Below are positions 35,801 to 47,800 of a stretch of DNA of 64,000 nt, piece after piece (positions within the stretch are counted from its first letter, which is position 1; each line of letters opens with the position of its first letter). The stretch is taken from the NCBI GenBank assembly GCA_977030845.1, contig OZ365109.1, positions 22,196,001 to 22,260,000 of the forward strand, written 5' to 3'. This DNA is from Fimbriosthenelais zetlandica (lineage: Eukaryota). The translations under genes were made by a program, and so were the position numbers. Below the pieces are notes generated by a model. That model was not told the DNA's origin and made no database searches. It saw only the letters and a list, made by a program, of their open reading frames with translations.

Positions 35801-38800
35801 CAAACAGCGGACCTCATGCAGACTCCAATCCAAATAGATTTATGAAATTGTTGCGATTCTGAGCTGCACTCTTTACTTCAAAGTCATCCAAAACATTAGG
35901 AAACTGGTAGGAAACCGTAGCCTATTGTGGATATTGCCTTTTTTTTAGCACCATTTGGTTCCAGCTCCATTGAATTACTCAATTGGTGAAATAAGATGAT
36001 CATATAAGTTATGGGTCCGAAAGATGCGACACATTTTCTTTAAAGTGCAGTCAGAATTTCTGTTGAAGTGAAGCTAACCCAAACACCCAACAACTGCGCC
36101 AAAAATCCAATCCACTTTTGAAAATAGCCTAGCAAGAGAGCTTACCCCGAAATCGTTCTGGATTCAAGACAAAAAATCGAGTCAGTTTTAAAGGCAAAAT
36201 GAAGGATTTTACCCGCAATTGTGTAAATATTTATGTACAAAGGTGTACTATACACTCTTAAATACTATCACGGTTTTCCTAATTAGGAAAGAGTATAGTG
36301 AGTTATAACTCACTGCTCCGTCTCCCATGCCATTATAGTTTTGATATATAAGAGTCGATTGATTCAATTCGGATAACATTGCGGATTCTAAATTTAAGGA
36401 ATTCAAATAAGAATCTCGAGATAAGGCTGAGGGAAAGAGACTTGTCTGCAGGAGACTTGCTCCAATATGCAGGGAACATGCCTGTGTAGAAAAAGAGTGC
36501 AACCTTTTTGCACAAGACTGGATGTAATCTGCAGGAGACAAGACTGCATAGGGCAAGAGAAACCCAATTATCTGCAGAAGATTGATTATTAATTGATTAT
36601 TAACTATATCTATATCTTAAGCACACGACATGCAAAATAAGTGAAATGGCATCTGGAATAAAGACACAAATTAAAGCAAGTATCAGGAGCCTGATAAGCA
36701 TGAAAATCAACAAAGCAATGTTGGAACAGTAGGCTAGATATGTAGCCACACAATCGACAATAGAAACAAACCTGCGGACTGAATGACGGATCAAAGACAA
36801 TGAATAAACCATTTTTCTTTCATCGAAACACATAAATATCTAAGCAGATACAAAGATACTGCAGGATAAATCAGTTAAGAGCAAGTGTCAGGCTTACAAG
36901 TGAAAATAACGGTTAAGCATTATATGTACCTATTGCAGACACGTGCTGTGCATTGGTTATTTAGTTCGTTCTTACAACATTGTTGAAATACTATTCTCAG
37001 GACTAGGGAGCTGAAGATTACACAGATCTATATGTGGGGACTGTCACATATTATATGGAGTCTATCGTAAACTCCAGAAGGATAACTATCCACAAAGGGA
37101 ATAATAAGTTCAGTCAGAGGAGGAATTCGAAATGAATAGTTTTAAAATGTGCTGATTGGAACTATCTAAACATCACATGAAGGAATACTTTGTTTTCTGG
37201 ACCTGGGTGAGTGTAGGGACAGGCACTATAACTGTGCACTATAATAATAAAGTGTACAAATAAATGTGTGGGAGTTGAAAGGGATGCAGGCGGCCAAGAA
37301 CAAATCTGCATGGGAATGGAACCAATCAGCATGGGACTGTTTGGACTCAATCTGCAGGGGATTTACTCTGAGGCACAGGGAGACAAGACTAAACATATGG
37401 AAGGATTCTGAATAAAATGTAGCTTGTCGGCTGCAGGGGACTCCTCCCAATCTTTAGGACTGAACCTAAGGGGATAGGAGACTGTATAGGGCAAGAATAG
37501 ATGTATTGTTTATGCAGGAGATTGGACTGCAAACTGCAAGAATGAATAGTAAAATATAACATTGATGTTTAAACGAATTAAGCATCACAGACTATCATCT
37601 ATGTATGCAGCACATGCAAACAACACTTATATGAATAATTGTTACCGAGAAATTACTGCTATCTTCTGCGGCATTAATGGCGATATCTGAGAAATCGCCT
37701 TCTTTTGGGCGCTAGTGAGGTGTTGTGGAAGATTAAAAGGCAATGTGTTAATCGATAAATGACTTATAAATGTGAACGTATCTTTCTACATTCTGTTTAC
37801 CTAAACTCTTTGTGGAAAAGGTGCTGGGACTACAATAAACTAGAATCTAAGTTGAGTAACGAGTTGTACTATGAGGTTCTTTTCCAATTGAAATCCAGGA
37901 ATTTACCAATTTGATTCCAATGTTCAATTATTTGACTTCAATTTTTTTTCTATCTGGCTTACAGTATATTGTCAAATGTCAATAGTACCTACTGTGCAGT
38001 ATTACGTCAAAATAATTTAAATAAAGCCCCACAGTATGAAAATTAGCTCCGGATTCAATCAATTGATAAAGAAGTCAAAATACATCTCAGACTGTGGATT
38101 CTAACTTTAGAAACCAAGTGAAGAATAACCTTATGCGTAGGAAAACCAGATGGCTGAAACTTTGAAATATAGATAGAGCTACAAATAACTGTAAAAATAT
38201 TCCTTACATTCAAAATGCATATATTGATATCACGGGAACAATCTACATGTATTTAATATAAAAAAAGTACCTGCATATAGAAGAATATACTATATGTTGT
38301 GAATAGATTTTGGAGAATTATAATTTGAAGATCAATTTATTTGCTAAATTTCTTTTCTAAGTTATATATATTTCCTTACCTGGTAGGTATCCTCCAGGTT
38401 CTGTGTAATGAGCGGGGTCTGGATGTTGACAAACTCCATGGCGTCCTGCCAGTGGGAGAGGAAAGCCTCCCACTGTGACCAAACCTTCTCCTCCAGCCTC
38501 TCCTCCTCTGTACTCAGCTGGCGGAAACTCATCCTGATCACCTAGTGGATATTAATCATAGATTTAATCAATTGATTCTCCAGGGTTTTATCCTTTCATG
38601 AGTCCAAATAACAACACACAGCTGTTCGCATTCTTTAAATAAACTCTTGGCCCTAACGATTCATTAGTGGTTCTATGAAGTTTCATCTACTGGGTAAATC
38701 AGATTTAAAAGTCCAATAGAAGTTGTACCAACCTCAAATAATGATTTGATGTACTCGATCCTCTGCTTGTATTGTAGGGTATTTTCCTTACACTTAGACA

Positions 38801-41800
38801 CATTCTTGGCATACAGAGCAAAGCCACCAATGGTGGTTTCCTGTTCCTTCAGAGCCTACAAACAAAATATATTGCATAATTAACAAAGAGAACCCAAAAT
38901 AAAGACAATCTTTTTATATTTTTCGTTGGGCTTTAGCTTACAACTCCGTAGTGAATTGGGAATAGTTTCGGATAATTCATGATTCAAAATCTTTTAATGG
39001 TCAAGTCAATAAAATCCACAGCTAACCTTTGTGACAGTAGACATTTCATTGCTGAATGACTTGGCGAGCCGTACTGATTCATCGGCTACAAATGTACAGA
39101 GTTCCCTGAACACTTGGTTCAGCTTGGGGATGAGGGTGTCATGGATGCCTGAACAATCCACATAGAAGACTTTGTTCTCTGTCACCAATGACTTCTCCAC
39201 GTTCCTTACTTTCTCTATCCACTGTCGGATTTCATTGAGCTTTTGCTGTTTGAAAACAGGGCGACAGACATATTGAAAATATTAAATATTATAATGGCGG
39301 ACTTAAGTAATAGGGACCGAAGTAATGTTACAAATTAATTCAGTGAGACACGCATTTGATTTTACCTCCATTTCTTTGTAGATAGCAAGATAATACCTGG
39401 ATTTAGGAGAATTTGATGGCAATATTGAAATCAGGGGAAAATGAGAATATACCTCAATGGTGAAGGCAGCTGCCCCTTGCCACTCGTAGACACTCTTGTC
39501 GTTCCAGGATTTACAGAAGGTTTGAATGTTGTGAAGCCAGGAATGGTTGTCACAGAAATCGTCAATCTCCTCCATGGCTTCATTCATCAGCTGCTGGTGC
39601 TGACTCAGAGCCTCCTGGCACGCCTCACTGTAAATGTGTGTATAGAAAATAAATCCAAAACTATTTTACCTGGACTTCTATCAGTACTAATTTAATGGAG
39701 ACTTATGACTTTGGCAATTTTCTAAATGTTGGGAAATAATTTGGAAAGTTGGGGAATTACTTTAAATTAAAAATTCCCGACTAATTTTGCAAATTGGGGA
39801 ATTTCTTGAAATATCAGAATGCTGGAAATAATTTTTAAATTTAGAGACCTTGTTAATATTTCAGAGAGCCGGAAATCAAACAATGATATATGAAAACAGA
39901 GATTCTGATTATTTACAGTTCTTCATAGTTGATTCATCCAACAGATGATTAAGAAAATTTCCTGGGGAGCGTTTCACTTACATTAGTCAATGGTAACATA
40001 CATTGGTATAAGGTCTTGCTGATGATGCAGTATGGGAAGTCTATGGGCTAATGTAGCAATAGTAGCATGATCATAAAACAGGCCCCTAGACTTCTTTTGA
40101 TCGAAGTCATTCATGCATGGATAACACAATATATTTTAATAACTCAATGTTCATTGTCATGCTTATTTGGTATTTTACTTACTCTTTGAGTATCTTATCC
40201 TCAAGATTGGCGCTGGAAAGAGGTTTGTATTGGGTCATGAGACTGTGTCCGGTCACATAGAGATCGTCGTTACCAGACACCACCATACTGGGCGTCAACT
40301 GGCCCAGCTCATCCTCTCTCTTAGTGGGAGTAGCTGGAAGGTAACAACAGGTATATTGAATTGTTTTTAGATGTGAAGTGTCCGAAAAGGGCGCACCTGT
40401 GTCAAAATTAATCCAAAATATTAACAGTTAGCATAGAACTAGTTGACTAATTAACAGTTGCAGGAGTCGGTTCCAGTTGTTCTCCCGTGTTTTTGGTCTA
40501 TTTCATTATACTACTAAGTACCTGTAAGTAATAGACCAACGAGTTGTGAACAGCCGTTTGTTCAAAATTCCACAAGAAATAATGAGGAAGAACCGTCCTG
40601 TCTACTTCAGAAGTGAGAAACTACCATTTGAAACCCAGGAGGCAGGCCATGTGTAGCCTGGGTTGTTGGTCCACATCCATACACTACTCACAGACCAAAC
40701 TCCAAATATGGCCTGGGGAACTGGTCAAACTTCCTATACTATTAACAGACTGTCAGCGCAATGGATAGTCCTTATATAGTGTAAGTGCTACTGATATTTT
40801 GCATGTTTTCCTCCATGGCAGTGGATTATGGTCACAATAAACCATTTTTGAAGCAATAGTCAACGGAAATCATCAAAGTATGATGTACTTAAATGGATAG
40901 AGCCCATTCCTCAAGCCCTCGCTTCGCCACGACTTTATTACTGGCATAACCATTACTTAAGCTTTACTCATCAGGGCTGTATCCACTAAATGGCTTTTTT
41001 TTCCTCACCTTCTCTGTTGAGTTCTGGTGAAGGGATCATCTCCTCAGCCAACATGGATGTTTCACTGCTGGGTTTTTCCATGGCCATCAGTTTCTCTATG
41101 CCTGACCTACGAGTCATCCGGCTGGGCAGGGATCTCTGGACACGCCGGTCCCTCAACGAGTCCAACACCTGAGTGATGTGTTTACTGTCACGACGCTGGG
41201 GTGAGACCGAGGAGCCCCTGTGAAAAGAATCATCCTTACTTATCAGTTTAGTCCAGTCAATCTATGAAAAAAAAGGGCCTAACCTAGAACAAATTGCAAA
41301 AGATTTGAAACTTCTCCTGTGAAGTTCCTAGGCACATAGGACTATTATATTAAAAATCGACATGAATCTACAAAGGGGATCATGTTTAAAATCGAGGTCA
41401 AAGTTGATCCTCAACTCTCGTCCAATATGCTGCCAAATCGGACTATTAGAATGTCATTCTTGAAAGGAAGTGAGGCTATTTCACAAAATTAATTTAAACT
41501 CTTACATTATCCCAGATAAATGGTTGCTTTAGCTAGATGAAATGTTTATAATGTGATACATGTGTAAAAATAGCTGGATGAGCAGCGATTTTTCCAGTAG
41601 TCAGGGAAAGATGAATTTTGATACATCACCACCTAAAACTTCAACAGACCACCACTTTTTGTTTTTGTTTTAACCCCCCAAATTTTGGTTATAATCATGA
41701 TTTTACCCTCGTTTTTAATGTTTTCATACATAGGGAATCCATTAAAAGTGACCCCAGCTTGATTAAAATAATTTTTCAGGCAGAAACAGAGGTATTTGAG

Positions 41801-44800
41801 GCAAAATATGATGCCACCTAGGTGTAGTATATATAAGTAAATATTGATGTTGTTTCTGGCAATTTACAACCCCCCAGGTGTTTGCCCCCTATCAGATTGC
41901 TTATAGGGGGTGATGGGAAACATCCAGTTAAACATCCTGAGATCTGGCCTTCCTGCCCAAGATATGGCCCTTCGACCTCAATATCTGGTCCTTCCTGCCC
42001 ACAATATCACCCTTCCTCTCCAAGACATGGTCCTACCTGCCCACAATATCACCCTTCCTGTCCAAGACATGGCCCTTCCTGCCAAAGATACTGCCTTTTC
42101 TAGCTCAAGATATGGCCCTTTCAGGCCTTCTTGCCCAATATCTGGCCCTTCCATCTCAAGATATGGCTATTTCTGACCAATACCTGGCCCATTCATCTCA
42201 AGATATGGCCCGTCAGCACCAGTTCCTGACCAAGATCTGGATCTTTCAGCCCAGATCTGGCCCTTCCTGTCCAATATATGGCTTTTCCAATTCAATATCT
42301 GGTCCTTCTTATCTAAGGCATGGTCGTTCCTGCCAAAGGTACTGCCTTTTCTAGCTCAAGATATGGCCCTTAAGGCCTTCTTGCCCAAGATGTTGCCTGA
42401 CTTGACCAATACCTGGCCCTTCTATCTCAAGATCTGGCTATTTCTGATGAATACCTGGCCCTTCCATCTCAAGACATGGCCCTTTAGCACCAGTTTCTGA
42501 CCAATGTTTCAGCCCAGATCTGGCCCTTCATGTCCAAGATATGCCCTTTCCAACTCAATATCTGGTCCTTCTTGTCCAAGGCATGCCATTCTTGCCAAAG
42601 ATAGTGCCCTTTCCAGCTCAAGATAAGGCCCTTAAGGCGTTCTTGCCCAAGATGTTGCCTGACTTGACCAATACCTGGCCCTTCCATCTCAAGATATGGG
42701 CCTTCCAGCTCAAGATCTGGCTTTTCCTTACCAATACCTGGCCCTTCCATCTCAAGATATGGCCCTTCCAGCTCAAGATATGGCTATTTCTGATGAATAC
42801 CTGGCCCTTCCATCTCAAGACATGGCCCTTTAGCACCAGTTTCTGACCAATCTTTCAGCCCAGATCTGGTCCTTCCTGTCCAAGATATGCCCTTTACAAC
42901 TCAATATCTGGATCTTCTTGTCCAAGGCATGCCATTCCTGCCAAAGATAGTGCCCTTTCCAGCTCAAGATAAGGTCCTTCAGGCCTTACTGCTCAAGATA
43001 GGACCTTTCCTGTCCAGTACCTGGCCCTTCCATCTCTAGATCTGACCATTTCTACCCTAGACATGTCCCCTCCTGCCCAAAACCTGACCTTTACAATTTA
43101 AGATATGGCCCATCTTGCCCTTCCTACCAAAGATACTTTCAACTCAACATTGATATGGCCCTTCTAGCTCAGCTATGGTCCTTTCTAAAATAGATATGGC
43201 CCATCCTATTCAATACCTGACCCTTCCAGGTTAAGATCTGATCTTTCCAGCTCAAGATATGGCACCTCCTGCTAAGATATGGCCAATCCTGCCCAAGATA
43301 TTGCACTTGCAGCTCAACATCAGACCCTTCTTGTCCCTTACCTGAGCTGTCCAGGTCAAGATCTAATCTTTACAGCTTAATATCATCTAAAGATATGACC
43401 CTTCCTGCCAAATACCTGAACCTTCCAGGTCAAGATCCCATCCATGCAGCTCAAGATATAGCCCTTCCAGCTAAAGACATGACCCTACCTACTTAAGATA
43501 GTGCATGTGCAGCACACCTTACCCTTCCTGACCAGGATATGGCCCTTCCAGACCAAGATATGGCCATATTAGTAGGTGCCATATTACATTACCAAATATT
43601 GCTGTTTTTTACCAGAAATATCATGTTTATCAAGTTGGGGCCACCGTTAATGAATTCCTCATGGCTGAAAACATTGAAAACAAGGGTAAAACCATGATTG
43701 TAACTCAACTAGATCTGGAGCTATAACGAAATTTTTGATTTTGGCGGCCATTTTGATTTTTTTGGCAAATTTGGGGGGTTAAAACAAAAAGTTGAGAGTG
43801 CCATCCGGCAGATTAAGAATCAGCACACCCAAATTGTCTAAAATCCACTGGATGCCAAATTCTACTCTAAAATGCCTTACACACCTAGTTCAAAAGATCT
43901 TTTGGGAATCTGGCTCCTGATTATGGTGACGATTCCTATTGAAAGAGCTACTCATCTCAACATCGCCACGTAGGTGGGGGTGGGGTGGGGTGGGTGTTGG
44001 TGAGGTTATGGGGCCAGTTAATTACTAATTTATTAATTTGAGTTTTTAACATCATTTTTTGAGCAGAAAGCAGACTTTATTAGGACATCGTTTGAGTTCC
44101 TCCAAATTTATGTAACCGAACATAGGCATAATAAGGGGATTATCAAAGACCCCCTAATTTAACTCAATCAACCCTGAGGAATTTCGATGGTACAAGTCGT
44201 TGTGCCCTGAGGAATTTCAAGGAAATTCACCATATTTCAAGTCATGTCATGAATCAATGGTTATACTAAACACCTGAATGTTTGAATTTTTAGTTATCTC
44301 AAGTAAAAGACTTATAAAAATATTAACATTTTGAACTGAACACAAATCTCTTTGCCATGTCAACCAGGCTAACTGTTGCTATGACAACAGGATTCCCAGA
44401 AATCAGAAAAAAATCGAAAATCTCAACAAAGCTGTTCATCTAGTCATATTATTGAATAACATTTTAATAATTAGTTAATTAATATTTGTCACATGGACAA
44501 AATAAATAAGAAGACTTATAATAGTATACAATATGTTCTTTTGGGGGGAATAATCTGTTGAGGGGATAAATTCAAAACCCTAAAATTGGCACATAAGGTA
44601 TTTTGCAGCATTTTGATAACTAATGGATTAATAGGTATAATTAATATAAAAAGGGAAAATACTAAAATAAATCAAGAAAATATATTTAGAAAATGGACTT
44701 GAAACATCTCACAAACACAAAAACAAATCAGGATAGATATCAGTCAAATATTTTGTAAAAAAAATTATTCCAGAAAGAGAATTTTATTGATCATGACGTC

Positions 44801-47800
44801 ACTAATAAATATTAATTAACCCGGTTTAACTCGGGTCTCGGGCTATATGATATGGCAGGAAACCCGGTTTAACTCGGGTCTCGGGTTGATTGAGTTAAAG
44901 GTGATCCCCTTATGCCAGAGATGTCGATTTTTAATATGATTTATATATACCTACAGGGAAGCTGTAGGGAAAGTATGAAATCTTTTGCAATTTGTTCTAG
45001 GTCAAATCATAGATTGACTGGACTAGTTTGCTTATCCTTTGCTCACTGTTTATAGCTTGTCAGATTTCTTACAGATAATAATACAGTGCTCCTCCAAAAG
45101 CGGCCATCTTTGAGACTTTCCAAAAGTGGTCTATTTGGTGATGGTCGGTTCAGGGGAGTATTAAAAACATTTAGGGAAAATGGGACAAACTTGGTACTTG
45201 ATTTTTTAAAAGCAATCACGTACCTGCTGCTCAGTAGAGGACGATGTGTTGATTCCAGGTCGTCGTCCCCCTCGTCCACTATTTCTGGTACTGTCGTCAC
45301 TCCACCTAGAGCCTCGGCAGCTCGGCAGCACAGCTCTGGGATGTGGGCCAGCGTCCGAGCCAGACTGTTCACAAACTTCTCCTTAGGTGGGCTCAAACTC
45401 AACACATCTACAAGCAAGAAAAAAACTTTCAGAAATAAGATAAAATTTGGATTGATGGGCTAGCTTCTGTAATGCTTCATTGTAACTTAGTGTGATTAGA
45501 TTGGACTTGTTTAATATCTATTTTAGTATTTAATGGCTTTAAACTTCTTAGGATTCCATCATTGTAAATTTGAACAGAATCCATCGTTGACCTTGTTTTC
45601 CCTTACTATTTTGTATGAACGTTATACACAAAAGAATTTCTATTTTACGTCGAATCAATTCCAATCAAATTTGAATTTGAATTAAGCATTAATTTTCAAG
45701 AATTATCAAGAATTAATTACCTTTAGGTGTGAATACGAGAATGGCATGGAAGAGTCCTTCCCTTGGCGAATCAATGGCAGCCTTCATGGTTATCGTCACG
45801 AAGGAGGTGATGCTAGTACGGGAAAGGGCCACCAGATGGGACACCAGCATCTGGTCCACGAGGCGAACAAAAGTGGGCAACCAGGCCATCTCTTCTTTAG
45901 CAACATTCAGATTCCGCTCCCGCTCTTCACGCTTCATTCGCTGTTAAAATACGAAGGAGTGGTCAGATTTGTTAATAAGAAAAAAAAACATTTTAATTCA
46001 AGATTGTTTTGAAGTTGCAAAGCTTGGAATGTTGTTTTTTTACCTGCAAATGCAGTGAGTCCTTTGAAAACACCGTTTTCTGTCTTGCTTGTTCTTCACA
46101 ATGTCGGACTTTCTTGTAGAGTTCTTTGGTTGTAGTATCCACTACCACCTTGTTGTATCTAAATTTCAATGAATCCAAATAAATAAAGATTTATTATATT
46201 CTTAAATACATGTAAGTGAGAATCCCCTGGGATTCAAACTTAAATCCAAGACTTGTATTTCTACAGTGTAAGAATTATTCGCTCTAATCAAAAGATAAGT
46301 TAGGCCTAAAACAAGCGTGGTGGTAATTCAATTTGGTTATTAATAAATAATTTAAAAATCGAAAACCTCGTAACAGCCTGCATAAATAAGTATTTGAGTA
46401 AAGAATTATAAAAGATACCTGAAGAATCGTTCCATCACTTTCTCAGCCTGTCGGTTCATGTAATTGATCCCATTTTCAAACTCGAGCAGTTGATAACATT
46501 TCTCATCATCCAAAGGCAGAAGTCTCAGGTGCAGTAGCTCGTGGCAGAGTTTGTAAATCTGCAGCAGAGCGGCATTCAGGCTGGGCACAGAGCGCAGCAG
46601 GTTTTCACCAATGTTATGTCGGATGCGGGCAAACTCTGCAAAGTGCCTGTTAGCTCTCCAACGGTGGAACATCTTGGTAAGCAGGTAGTTCTTGAAGAGG
46701 GGGATGGAGGAGATAGCTTTGTGGAGGACGGCTTCTTTCTGCCATTCGGCTAAGGACATGTTGTCACCGGGTTGGTCAGGGTAGACGTGGAGAACGCCAA
46801 AGGTTGAGAAAACATAGTGTTCTTTCTTCACCTAAAGAAAGTGAAAATGTTTTTAAAAAGATCGTGTAGACTATATGTATTAGTTTACAGACACATAGTC
46901 ATGCTATTCTTTTTTTAGCTAGTACGATGGATTCGAAGAGTTTGGTTCTTTTGCCTAAAGACAAGTATATATCTGAATTTATTCATATATCCTCAGAGAA
47001 AGACCAGAAATGATTTATTTTTCCTTTTGAAATCGTTTTCAGAATTTTAATTTCTTTGACAAAGAGAGTATTTACAATTTAATAAGATAAGCACATATCG
47101 CCATTCTCTCAAATAGCATAAGGATTATGTAATATGTAATCCGGTCTACCGGACCCTTTCAAGCCTCGTTATGAATAATAATTTATACATTATACCATAA
47201 ATGCTGGCGTATGTCCTTTATCCTTACAGCGATGCACTTGTAGGCCTACCGAGATTTCTCTCAGAACATAGCTATCAAAATAAAGCTTCACATTTTGTGT
47301 GACTTGCCATTACATAACTACCCCAGCCAGGGGTGTCTAATAAACTGAAGCGGCAAATAAAATAATCATGGCGTTTTCTATGATAATTGAAATTCTCCTT
47401 GGTGAGACCTATATACTCAGGCCTAAGTGACTTATAGGCCAACATTTACGGTACATGTTAATAAAAGCAAAACCACTAAGATGTACCTTGTCTTTGGGAA
47501 CTGTGATGAGATCGTACGGCTTGTAATGTCTATTGGGAGCACGGTTGAAGTACATGAACTTGATCTTCCCTGTATGGAAACACTTGCTGAAATATTCCAC
47601 AGCCTGTCGACCCGTCATCTGTTCTCCAATAGGCTGAAACGAAATACAACTAAGCTCAAACATTTTTTTCAAACGACCAATGATGAAATGTAATAATTAG
47701 AGAAATGAAAATCAAATAAACATGTACGGTGTATGTATTAGAGAAATCAAATATTCATAAAAATAAAATATACATGATAAGATTTATTGTAGAAATGAAA

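Larger units (their letters stand above)
41249..45025. mobile_element. 3.8-kb non-autonomous element with TAG...CTA termini, ~135-bp diverged TIRs and 3-bp TSD GTT (Academ-like), filling DNHD1 intron 13
   Basis: Left TAGTCCAGTCAATCTATG...ACCTAGAACAAATTGCAAAAGATTT...ATATTAAAAATCGACAT...AAGGGGATCA is mirrored at 44898-45025. GTT flanks both ends. Confidence 0.75.

Noticed and set aside
36200-37620. Weak internal repeats (gactgYatagggcaaga, tgcaggaga) in the 2.9-kb intron
   Set aside because: Too degenerate to define termini, TSD or family by eye.
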